Notes: generated from the sequence alone by a model not told the origin. Numbered from the stretch's first letter, positions 7,834 through 15,347 are shown. The stretch: 64,000 nucleotides of DNA from a virus (IMGVR_UViG_3300042486_001111); one strand, 5' to 3'. A program made the numbers and translations.

Positions 7834-7907
7834 AGGTCAGAGTGAGATTCGAACTCACGAAAAGTAGTTTTGCAGACTACCCCTTTAAACCACTCAGGCA
7901 TCTGACC
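7834..7907 (-). tRNA. tRNA-Cys(GCA)
   Basis: GGTCAGA/TCTGACC, GTAGT-CTGCAAA-ACTAC, U73. Confidence 0.95.
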
Positions 7908-7976
7908 GTTAGTTCACTAAACTATATTTTGCTTAATAAATTACATTTGTTTATTGTTGCAAAAATAAGTTTATCG

Positions 7977-8049
7977 TACACTCTGAGAGATTCGAACTCC
8001 CATCTTATGATCCGTAGTCATAGGTTCTGATCCATTGAACTAAGAGTGT
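7977..8049 (-). tRNA. tRNA-Arg(ACG)
   Basis: ACACTCT/AGAGTGT, TATGA-CTACGGA-TCATA. Confidence 0.95.
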
Positions 8050-8051
8050 AT

Positions 8052-8126
8052 TGGTAGGGATGGGTGGAGTCGAACCACCGAGACTACTGTATAAGAGTAG
8101 CATGTTCACCGTTACATCACATCCCC
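8052..8126 (-). tRNA. tRNA-Ile(UAU), encoded CCA
   Basis: GGGGATG/CATCCCT-A-CCA, CTACT-CTTATAC-AGTAG. Confidence 0.9.
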
Positions 8127-8134
8127 ATATTTTG

Positions 8135-8221
8135 CGGAAAGAATAGGATTCGAACCTACGGTACCCTTTCAAGTACAACACCTTAGCAGGGTGCCACAAT
8201 AAACCGCTCTGTCATCTTTCC
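8135..8221 (-). tRNA. tRNA-Ser(GCU)
   Basis: GGAAAGA/TCTTTCC, GCACC-CTGCTAA-GGTGT, long variable arm. Confidence 0.95.
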
Positions 8222-8225
8222 ATTA

Positions 8226-8299
8226 GGTGTACGATGGGACTCGAACCCACTATTGACGGAATCACAACCCGACGCCTCGACCACTTTGGCTTCATACAC
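8226..8299 (-). tRNA. tRNA-His(GUG)
   Basis: GTGTATG/CGTACAC, C73, anticodon loop TTGTGAT; no genomic G-1. Confidence 0.85.
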
Positions 8300-8301
8300 A
8301 G

Positions 8302-8372
8302 TTGTCTCCCAAGGATTCGAACCTCGATTAAGTGGACCAAAACCACTTGTCCTGCCATTAGACGAGGAGACA
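8302..8372 (-). tRNA. tRNA-Gln(UUG)
   Basis: TGTCTCC/GGAGACA, AGTGG-TTTTGGT-CCACT. Confidence 0.9.
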
Positions 8373-8379
8373 TTATTTG

Positions 8380-8468
8380 TCTAAGTGATGGGACTCGAAC
8401 CCACATAGAACTGTTACATTCATTCCTGATCCCAAATCAGGTCGGCGACCAATTGCCTACACACCTAG
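8380..8468 (-). tRNA. tRNA-Pro(UGG) with about 20-nt variable region
   Basis: CTAGGTG/CACTTAG, CCTGA-TTTGGGA-TCAGG, insert AATGAATGTAACAGTTCTAT before the T-arm. Confidence 0.85.
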
Positions 8469-8474
8469 TTATTG

Positions 8475-8547
8475 TGGAACAGGTAGGAATCGAACCTACA
8501 TTGTCGGATTTTCAGTCCGATGCCTTGACCAACTTGGCAACTATTCC
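8475..8547 (-). tRNA. tRNA-Phe(GAA)
   Basis: GGAATAG/CTGTTCC, TCGGA-CTGAAAA-TCCGA. Confidence 0.95.
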
Positions 8548-8552
8548 ATTTG

Positions 8553-8623
8553 CACACCCCCAAAGATTCGAACTCTGACCAAACGGGTTGGAGCCGTTTA
8601 TGCTACCGTTACACTAGAGATGT
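8553..8623 (-). tRNA. tRNA-Trp(CCA)
   Basis: ACATCTC/GGGGTGT, AACGG-CTCCAAC-CCGTT, G73. Confidence 0.9.
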
Positions 8624-8628
8624 GTATA

Positions 8629-8701
8629 AATGTTCAGGAAGACTTTTTTTACATTTCCAAATTAGTAGTTTTTTATTTGCTGAAATCTTCCTTTTAACAT
8701 T
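8629..8701 (-). ncRNA. Small structured element with CAGCAA motif between tRNA-Tyr and tRNA-Trp
   Basis: AATGTT...AACATT and GGAAGATTT...AAAGTCTTCC stems enclosing CAGCAA; resembles the RNAs next to the TROVE gene. Confidence 0.45.
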
Positions 8702-8703
8702 TG

Positions 8704-8786
8704 TGAGGGTAGTAGGATTCGAACCTACTCAGTCATAGACAACAGATTTACAGTCTGCCCCAACTCTCCAACTTTGGCGTACCCCC
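8704..8786 (-). tRNA. tRNA-Tyr(GUA)
   Basis: GGGGGTA/TACCCTC, GCAGA-CTGTAAA-TCTGT, long variable arm. Confidence 0.95.
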
Positions 8787-8798
8787 ATTAATTATTTG

Positions 8799-8872
8799 CG
8801 ATTCAGGCAGGACTCGAACCTGCGACAACTTGATTAACAGTCAAGGGCTCTAACCAACTGAGCTACTGAATC
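8799..8872 (-). tRNA. tRNA-Asn(GUU)
   Basis: GATTCAG/CTGAATC, CTTGA-CTGTTAA-TCAAG, G73. Confidence 0.95.
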
Positions 8873-8909
8873 ATTTAATTTTACATTATATCAAAGAACT
8901 TATGTTCTG

Positions 8910-8985
8910 TCGGTATGGTAGGGATCGAACCTACGAATCTTCTCGATATCAGCGAGATGCCTTAAACCTACTTGGCCACATACCG
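8910..8985 (-). tRNA. tRNA-Ile(GAU)
   Basis: CGGTATG/CATACCG, TCTCG-CTGATAT-CGAGA. Confidence 0.9.
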
Positions 8986-8994
8986 TAATAAATT

Positions 8995-9025
8995 AAAAAA
9001 CCCCAACTCATTTCTGAATTGGGGT
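8995..9025 (-). terminator. Attenuator intrinsic terminator of tRNA operon 2
   Basis: ACCCCAATTCA-GAAA-TGAGTTGGGGT plus T-tract, immediately upstream of the first tRNA. Confidence 0.85.
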
Positions 9026-9051
9026 ACTTTAATCCTTTATTTATTTATCTA

Positions 9052-9150
9052 TCAAAATTTAAATAACGACATAACATACCCCATCCTTCCGTAAATATAA
9101 AACGGTTGACACCACTGTATCGGATTACTATGTATGTTATTCATTATCAT
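9052..9150 (-). CDS. Leader peptide 2 (32 aa, MIMNNIHSNPIQWCQPFYIYGRMGYVMSLFKF)
   Basis: Manual translation; lies between promoter and terminator; contains the antiterminator strand TGGGGTA (9077-9083). Confidence 0.85.
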   Translation of the reverse strand: MIMNNIHSNPIQWCQPFYIYGRMGYVMSLFKF

Positions 9151-9177
9151 TTTTTACTGTTTTTAATTAAATATACA

Positions 9178-9209
9178 CAAATATACAAAAGTTTAATTAA
9201 AAAGTCAAA
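9178..9209 (-). promoter_or_regulatory. Bacteroidota-type promoter of tRNA operon 2 (TTTG-N20-TATATTTG)
   Basis: Consensus match; duplicate of the operon 1 promoter block. Confidence 0.85.
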
Positions 9210-9239
9210 TATATTTTTAAAATTATTTTTTTTAAAATA

Positions 9240-9262
9240 AAAAACCCCTAAAAATAGGGGCT
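9240..9262 (-). terminator. Intrinsic terminator after the lipoprotein gene
   Basis: GCCCCTA-TTTT-TAGGGGT plus T-run on the minus strand. Confidence 0.7.
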
Positions 9263-9286
9263 TAACAAAAATTTATTTTTTGTTTT

Positions 9287-9469
9287 TTACTTCACCTCCA
9301 CCGATGTGCTATCTACATTTTCGGTTCCTGCGGTATCATCAGAAGCAGTACCTGCATCTGTTGCCACACCATTTGTAGTTGCATCATTAGTTGTTGAATC
9401 TGATTGTGTGTTTCCACCACAAGACACTAAAAGTGTCATAACTGTCAATACCAAAAAAACTTTTTTCAT
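9287..9469 (-). CDS. Small lipoprotein (signal peptidase II type, low-complexity T/D/S tail)
   Basis: MKK plus hydrophobic stretch plus LLVS-C lipobox. Confidence 0.75.
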   Translation of the reverse strand: MKKVFLVLTVMTLLVSCGGNTQSDSTTNDATTNGVATDAGTASDDTAGTENVDSTSVEVK

Positions 9470-9598
9470 TTTTAAAAAAATTATTTAATTATTAGTTAGG
9501 CTTTTCACCCATCGGAGATTATAAGTGTCTCTAACTATACAAAACAAAATTATAAAAAAAATATGTGAAAGTAAAACTTTTTAACATTTGATAACAAT

Positions 9599-9904
9599 TT
9601 ATTTATTGTCACCATATTTTTCCTTCAAATACTTTACCCACTCTTCTTGCTTCCTACCATTAATAAAAAACCAACCCAAATTAATCTCAAACCATTTATT
9701 AAAACTGTATAATATATTTCTTATAATGAAAAAAATTGTAATAAAAAAAACTATTATTATCGGTGCAAAAGGTACCCAACCCATAAAATTTTGAAATTTA
9801 GATATGTCTTTTCTAACCACACCAGCACACATTAAAAAATATTGAACGAATAGTGTGAACGTAATCACAAAAAATACTGTAAATTTACCTATAATCTCAA
9901 ACAT
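9599..9904 (-). CDS. Membrane protein
   Basis: Two hydrophobic segments. Confidence 0.65.
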   Translation of the reverse strand: MFEIIGKFTVFFVITFTLFVQYFLMCAGVVRKDISKFQNFMGWVPFAPIIIVFFITIFFIIRNILYSFNKWFEINLGWFFINGRKQEEWVKYLKEKYGDNK

Positions 9905-9907
9905 AAC

Positions 9908-10312
9908 TTAATCTTTTATTATTCTTTTATGTGTCTTAGTGGATACCTCTTTAATTTTTTTCTGCGATGATGGTGATTCGCCTAAACCATTTGCCATCCA
10001 AGATTTAATCTCCATTTCCTGTAAAAAATCAGATACATTAGGTATAAACTTTTTACCATAATCCTCTAATATATGGTATTCACATATATCTTTAACTGAT
10101 ACAGTTTTACCATCAGAGTTTGTTATATATTCCCCAAATATAGGTATCATTACTTCAAATATGAAAAACATATTATGGGTTAACGCCCTATGTCTATTAT
10201 CACTAAAGTATTTTTTAGAGACATCCATTTTATTATGAAGTGGTAAGTAATCTTCTACATTACCACCCCACAGTTTTATGGAAGATTTGGAATGTACTAA
10301 AGGATTAGCCAT
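9908..10312 (-). CDS. DUF6915-like protein
   Basis: MANPLVHSKSS..WGG..EDY..H..MD..K....D.RHRAL.H pattern. Confidence 0.7.
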   Translation of the reverse strand: MANPLVHSKSSIKLWGGNVEDYLPLHNKMDVSKKYFSDNRHRALTHNMFFIFEVMIPIFGEYITNSDGKTVSVKDICEYHILEDYGKKFIPNVSDFLQEMEIKSWMANGLGESPSSQKKIKEVSTKTHKRIIKD

Positions 10313-10727
10313 TAGTTTCTTCTATATTAGAATCATTAGTTTCATCATCTAAACCATCACCAACCGTTACATCCCAAATTTTAGATTCCTCTACATCCTC
10401 TTCATAGATTTCACCCCAATACTCCTCACTAACAATTGTACTAACAGTAATCTCTTGTTCAGAATTCATATTATATTCTATTTTACCCGATGTACCAGCA
10501 TTATTCCAATTATACTCTACACCTGATTCATCTAATATCTGAAATAGAAAACTCCAATGATCATCTAAATTTAAAACACCTTCTCTTTGCGGGTATATCC
10601 CTACATATGAAAATGAACCGAAGGAATCTCCTCCTCCCTCAAATTCAATTTCAACTGTGTCATTTTGTGGATCAAAATCAGGGTACCCACTTTTAATCAT
10701 CTCAATAAAACTTTTTTTAATTCCCAT
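10305..10727 (-). CDS. Acidic protein, DUF6878-like
   Basis: IEFEGGGDSFG motif; commonly paired with the DUF6915-type gene. Confidence 0.5.
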   Translation of the reverse strand: MGIKKSFIEMIKSGYPDFDPQNDTVEIEFEGGGDSFGSFSYVGIYPQREGVLNLDDHWSFLFQILDESGVEYNWNNAGTSGKIEYNMNSEQEITVSTIVSEEYWGEIYEEDVEESKIWDVTVGDGLDDETNDSNIEETNG

Positions 10728-10953
10728 TTTTTTATTTTCTAAATTTTTCGGAAAACTCAGTATCCTCTAATTCTGGTGGGCAAACATCAATAATGTGTTT
10801 TCTCCACCAACTCTTTAATTTTATTTTAATTATTTTTAACATAAATCTCTACAGTATAAGTTTGCCAAAATTAATCTAGCAAATTTTAATTCTTTAGACC
10901 TATTTAAACGCAAACCATATGCGCGAGCAATAACATTTAAATGAGGGTATGCC

Positions 10954-11136
10954 TCACTTATCGTCATTTGTCCTATCGTTTTTTGATTCATAATCATTTT
11001 TATTTACACATACATAAACTTCTTGAAACCACCCAAAAACACATTCACCTGAAAATTTAACTGGTATAAATTCATCCCAATTGAAATTCGGTATTACGTC
11101 ATAATATGTTTCATTTGGAAAAATTACTCTAACCAT
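10954..11136 (-). CDS. Small hypothetical protein
   Basis: 60-aa ORF in the array. Confidence 0.55.
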   Translation of the reverse strand: MVRVIFPNETYYDVIPNFNWDEFIPVKFSGECVFGWFQEVYVCVNKNDYESKNDRTNDDK

Positions 11137-11445
11137 TTAGTTGGGGTATTTATTAACATAGTCTAATGCAGATAATGATAAATATTTAATTAACCTTTCG
11201 TTATCTAATTTTTTAACTTTTCCTAAATCTGACATCATCTCTAAATAAGACTCAACAATCTTATCAAACTTTCTTTTGTAATAATCTTCAGGTGGCATAT
11301 AATTATTTTTTTTACAAATATAGTAAATATTTTTTAATTAGTCACAAAATATGCAATAATTCCGATAAAAATAAACCAACCTATTACGATAATAGTCCAT
11401 TTGTAATCTTCTTTAATATTTCTCATATTATTATTTTTAAAAATT

Positions 11446-12081
11446 TTAGTCCCACCAACCCTTAAGTCCTGAACCATCAAACCATTTATAATATTGATCA
11501 GTTTCTTTTTTCTCTTCCTCAGTTAAAGTCTTCTTAAACTTTTTATAATCTTTATAATCCTGACCTTTTAAAATTTTGAATAGTTCTTTCCATTCTTTTT
11601 CCTCAATTTTACGGGACAGTTCAAAAACTTTACTATTATGATTCTCTTCTTCTTCAGTATTCTTTTCTACTAATCTAGAATATCCTGGTTTATCAGGTAC
11701 TTCCTCAAACTCCCAATCATGAAGGTGTAACGGTCCTAACTCAGATTCAGCCATTTCAATGTAGTTACTCTCATTATAATTTTTAATGATTTCTACTGCA
11801 CGTTTCATTGCGGCAACTTTTTTCAATCTTGATATGTCAATCTCCAACCCTTTTTTTTCTAAGTTTTCTGACATATGAGTTAAACCAACCTCCAGAAACA
11901 TTAAAGTTCCGTGATGATCCCACCAATAGTGGTTTGCCAATGGTTTCCTAAATCTCCATACGTTTTTTATGAAACGCATTATATCATACCTAAAAAAAGA
12001 ATAAAATTTATAAATCTTACTCTGATGCCACGATAATTTTTTTAAACTTTCCGCAAAAGTGTCCGCAAATTTTATTTCCAT
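11446..12081 (-). CDS. Hypothetical phage protein
   Basis: 211-aa ORF, aromatic-rich, ends GWWD. Confidence 0.75.
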   Translation of the reverse strand: MEIKFADTFAESLKKLSWHQSKIYKFYSFFRYDIMRFIKNVWRFRKPLANHYWWDHHGTLMFLEVGLTHMSENLEKKGLEIDISRLKKVAAMKRAVEIIKNYNESNYIEMAESELGPLHLHDWEFEEVPDKPGYSRLVEKNTEEEENHNSKVFELSRKIEEKEWKELFKILKGQDYKDYKKFKKTLTEEEKKETDQYYKWFDGSGLKGWWD

Positions 12082-12082
12082 A

Positions 12083-12421
12083 TTACCTAAATAGTCTTTC
12101 TAATATATTCAAATTTAATTTATCTATAAGGGATAAGTCATCACCCCAAATATTTTTTTCACACAAGTCCTCATATAATGAAAATAAGGGAGTTCTTAAA
12201 AATAAAAAATCCCACTTAGATATTCTGAACTTAGGAATGTTAGTTTTGTTGGGTAATTTAAACTCAAAAGAAAGTAATGAGTAAGCATTATGATTTTTAC
12301 TAATAGTAAAAAAATTAACACCCCAATTACTATGATAATCATTTATCTTTAATGTGATTAAATTAAAAATCAAATGAAACTTTCTAGTTTCCCAACTTAT
12401 TTTTTCTAAATGTCTTCTCAT
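12083..12421 (-). CDS. Hypothetical phage protein
   Basis: 112-aa ORF in the array. Confidence 0.6.
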   Translation of the reverse strand: MRRHLEKISWETRKFHLIFNLITLKINDYHSNWGVNFFTISKNHNAYSLLSFEFKLPNKTNIPKFRISKWDFLFLRTPLFSLYEDLCEKNIWGDDLSLIDKLNLNILERLFR

Positions 12422-12623
12422 TTTAATACTTATATGGTTTTAGAAAACTTATCACATACCCAAAAAAATAAATATATTTTTTAAAGCCATATTTTTGACT
12501 AAATGTGAATCTTTTTGTGAAGGATATTCCGTAACCGAATAACCTAAACCAAAAAATATCTTTACTTTTATGACAATAAAAAAACTTACCCATATTACAA
12601 TTATAACGTTTTTAAACTGAAAG

Positions 12624-13118
12624 TCAAATCATTAGATAAGGTTTCCATTCTTCATTGATGTTTCCGTTCATTCTTTCTATGAATTCTATATATGTTGGTG
12701 CATATGGTTTCCTAATCATTTCCATATTAGACTCTTCAGGTGTTTTATCACCTTTATTAAGATTACACTCACCACAACAAGTTACTAAATTTTTCCAACT
12801 ATTCCCACCACCTCTTGATTTTGGTAGTACGTGATCTAATGTCAGATTCTTATTTGTACCACAATAGACACACTTATGACCATCCCTCCTAAATATGTTA
12901 TACCTACTTAATGGTACTTTTTTATAAGGTAAGAAAATGTATCTCATTAATCTAATAATTGTTGGTCTCTTAAAAGTTTTTACGGTAGATACAATAGGGT
13001 TATTATCGTCAGAAAAAATAATTTCTGCCTTACCCTTGTAGACTAATTTAAACCCCCTTTTCAGTGTTGTAACATTCAATGGGGTGTAGTCATTATTTAG
13101 AACTAGTACCTTTTCCAT
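12624..13118 (-). CDS. HNH endonuclease (McrA-like)
   Basis: RRDGHKCVYCG..LTLDHVLPKSRGG.NSWKNLVTCC..CN..K. Confidence 0.9.
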   Translation of the reverse strand: MEKVLVLNNDYTPLNVTTLKRGFKLVYKGKAEIIFSDDNNPIVSTVKTFKRPTIIRLMRYIFLPYKKVPLSRYNIFRRDGHKCVYCGTNKNLTLDHVLPKSRGGGNSWKNLVTCCGECNLNKGDKTPEESNMEMIRKPYAPTYIEFIERMNGNINEEWKPYLMI

Positions 13119-13140
13119 ATCATTTATAAATATTTTATTA

Positions 13141-13170
13141 AAATAAAAACCCCCAAATAAATGGGGGTCT
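13141..13170 (-). terminator. Intrinsic terminator closing the tmRNA transcript
   Basis: ACCCCCA...TGGGGGT plus TTTTATTT. Confidence 0.8.
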
Positions 13171-13178
13171 TATAAAAT

Positions 13179-13240
13179 TGGGGCCGATAGGATCTCTATC
13201 TGGCGAATCCACCACTTTGTTTTTAAGGAACAAAGAAACC
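13179..13240 (-). ncRNA. 62-nt cloverleaf-like small RNA ending in CCA, directly 3' of tmRNA
   Basis: GGTT/GGCC closing stem, hairpins CTTTGTT/AACAAAG, GGTG/CGCC and GATAG/CTATC, then CCA. Confidence 0.5.
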
Positions 13241-13245
13241 TTTAG

Positions 13246-13613
13246 TGGAGGTGGAGGGTTTCGAACCCTCGTCCTTCCCATGTCCAAATGGATTTCTACG
13301 TGTGTAGTCAGTTTTTCTAAACTAACAAAATAGACAGTTCCCTTATTACACTGTTCGGTTTACTGACAACTAATCCTCAGTCTTCTTATTTATAAAGGTT
13401 CAAAAAGATAATAACCTGTATGTATTACTCGATTAGGCGAATACAACCTCTTCTTTTGCAATTGTACCTACAGTACCATTCAAAAGAATGTTTTCGTTTA
13501 GGGCTAAGCCCATGTTTGTATCGTTGCCGACTATTGTTTTTTTTAGATTAACGCTCTACCACGACACGCTTACGCCTACTCTTCTTACGCGAAGTCAAAT
13601 CCAATACACCCCC
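13246..13613 (-). ncRNA. ssrA: tmRNA
   Basis: 5' GGGGGTGTATTGGATTTGAC, 3' T-arm GAGGG-TTCGAAA-CCCTC and CACCTCC-A with G3:U70; resume context ATAGTC-GGC; tag ORF 13528-13433. Confidence 0.95.
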
Positions 13614-13786
13614 ATTTTTCAAAGAACTTTTCTTTAATGATTTATCGTAACCTTTGTTATAAGAAATAATATCATAACAATCAATTTCATGATCATCGTA
13701 CATCTTACTCTTCTCAAATAACTGTTTCGTTAAACTCATATATAAGTATAGTGATATTTATTTATAAAATCAAATATTTATTACAT

Positions 13787-14134
13787 ATGTCATTAAAATT
13801 ATTAGATATTTTAAACGAAGAAAAAGAAAGATGTGAATATCAAGTTAGAGATATCGGTGGTTCCGTATACTACAAAAAATGTGGTAAGGGTAAAAAATGG
13901 TTATTTACTGATGAAATAGATTTCTTAAAAAATTCAAAAAAATCTAACACTGAAGAGTGGGAAAAACCAAAAGATAAAAAATCTAAAATAAGACAACTAA
14001 ATGTTCCACAAAAAAAAGGAGACAAGTTAGAAGATTTAAAAATCTATTATACTAACTTATCTCCAGATAATTATAAAATCGAAGTGGAAGGAGATGCTAT
14101 AGTTATTAAACCATCTCCTCTAAAATACCAATAA
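13787..14134 (+). CDS. Hypothetical protein (starts MSLKLLDILNEE)
   Basis: Internal ATG at 13787 preceded by ATATTTAT. Confidence 0.65.
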   Translation: MSLKLLDILNEEKERCEYQVRDIGGSVYYKKCGKGKKWLFTDEIDFLKNSKKSNTEEWEKPKDKKSKIRQLNVPQKKGDKLEDLKIYYTNLSPDNYKIEVEGDAIVIKPSPLKYQ

Positions 14135-14546
14135 TTTCACTTAATACTAAAAGTATTGTGGCAATAATTAAATTAAACGGTATAAAACAATATCCAATAA
14201 TCCTTACACCACTTTTAATGAAAGATACTATTTGATGCCATTTTTGGTTAGGCATTTTATCGATATCAATTTTTTTAAAATCTTCTCTCACATATCTCGG
14301 TGGTACATCGATAACTAAATTAGTATCAACTTCAATTTTCTCACTCTCATTTACTACCCAACCTAATGATTCATCATCTTTTAAATCAGAGGCAATCTCA
14401 ATATTACTCAATAAAGTATTAACATTTTCATAATTACCATAAACAGACATATTTAAAACGTCATTTGGTAAACTTTCAATTAAACGTTTAACATCTTCAT
14501 TGATGAACTTTAATCTCTGTTGAAATTCTTTCTTTTTAGTACCCAT
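14106..14546 (-). CDS. Hypothetical protein with C-terminal hydrophobic hairpin
   Basis: 146-aa ORF. Confidence 0.65.
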   Translation of the reverse strand: MGTKKKEFQQRLKFINEDVKRLIESLPNDVLNMSVYGNYENVNTLLSNIEIASDLKDDESLGWVVNESEKIEVDTNLVIDVPPRYVREDFKKIDIDKMPNQKWHQIVSFIKSGVRIIGYCFIPFNLIIATILLVLSEIIGILEEMV

Positions 14547-14950
14547 TATATGTTGTTTTTAATTATTTTTTTAATAGTTTCTTTATGCGTATTTATCCTT
14601 TCTTCTTCTTTTTGAAGGTACTCTATAAAAGATTTAATAATCCAATATATTGTAGATTCATCAGTAACTCTATTACTATCGTTTGGTTCGGATTCAGTAT
14701 GAATTAAAAATGTGTTTGAATCAATAAAATATTTTTCTCTATCTTGTAGATGACACTCTAATACAATAATATCTTTACCTATAACAGTATTGATGTATTG
14801 TAAACTAAAAGGTTTTTTATGTCTACTTAAATAATCATTTTCCAAAATGTTCTCTTTATCATTAAATGTATTATAGATAGTTAGAATTTTTCGATCTTTG
14901 GACATTATTTTTTGATGTAACTCCCAATTTATGATTGATAAATTTTCCAT
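14546..14950 (-). CDS. Hypothetical phage protein
   Basis: 134-aa ORF. Confidence 0.7.
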   Translation of the reverse strand: MENLSIINWELHQKIMSKDRKILTIYNTFNDKENILENDYLSRHKKPFSLQYINTVIGKDIIVLECHLQDREKYFIDSNTFLIHTESEPNDSNRVTDESTIYWIIKSFIEYLQKEEERINTHKETIKKIIKNNI

Positions 14951-14951
14951 A

Positions 14952-15347
14952 TTATTTAAATGGTTTTTTCATTTGTATTTTAAACATCATTTCAGTCACC
15001 TCTTCAGGTGACAACCAACCAGCAACATCAATACTATCATCAGGTAAAGGATAACCTACCTCAAAGGTATTTACGCCATCACCATAAAACCCAACACTTC
15101 CCCCAATAACAGATACATAATGTCCGTTATCAAAATTAAGTAGGGCTTGTACCCCTTTGTCGGTATCAAAAAAATTGATTTTGTGTGGATTAAATTTTAA
15201 ATCTTGAAACGTTTTAAGTTCGTTTGGGTAAAGATTTTTAATAAAATCTAATTCATAAGACATCTCATTGTAAAGAATATCAAACTTTTCGTAGTTTGGC
15301 TTTTCATCTAAATAATCTTTAAGTTTCTTAATTAACGTCTCACTCAT
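14952..15347 (-). CDS. Hypothetical phage protein
   Basis: 131-aa ORF; promoter TTTG-N19-TAACTTTG at 15364-15394. Confidence 0.7.
   Translation of the reverse strand: MSETLIKKLKDYLDEKPNYEKFDILYNEMSYELDFIKNLYPNELKTFQDLKFNPHKINFFDTDKGVQALLNFDNGHYVSVIGGSVGFYGDGVNTFEVGYPLPDDSIDVAGWLSPEEVTEMMFKIQMKKPFK

Noticed and set aside
6686-8738. ORF-track entries overlapping the tRNA arrays (6686-6937, 6871-7128, 7842-8030, 8005-8199, 8212-8406, 8234-8578, 8550-8738)
   Set aside because: They are by-products of GC-rich tRNA sequence; each overlaps well-formed cloverleaves.
7140-9210. T-box riboswitch as the explanation for the tRNA operon leaders
   Set aside because: There is no T-box UGGNACC bulge or long Stem I, the leaders are too short, and both contain intact, equal-length ORFs with operon-matched codons.
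9488-9535. Hammerhead or fluoride riboswitch reading of CCGATGGGTGAAAAGCC
   Set aside because: The conserved cores (CUGANGA; GAUGG...CUGAUG) are not matched.
12624-13118. HNH gene as an intron-encoded homing endonuclease in tmRNA
   Set aside because: It lies beyond the terminator with its own upstream motif, and no group I intron structure or split gene was seen.
13548-13739. 63-aa minus-strand ORF
   Set aside because: Its 3' half overlaps the boxA-like element and the tmRNA 5' end; probably not coding, although a short upstream peptide cannot be excluded.
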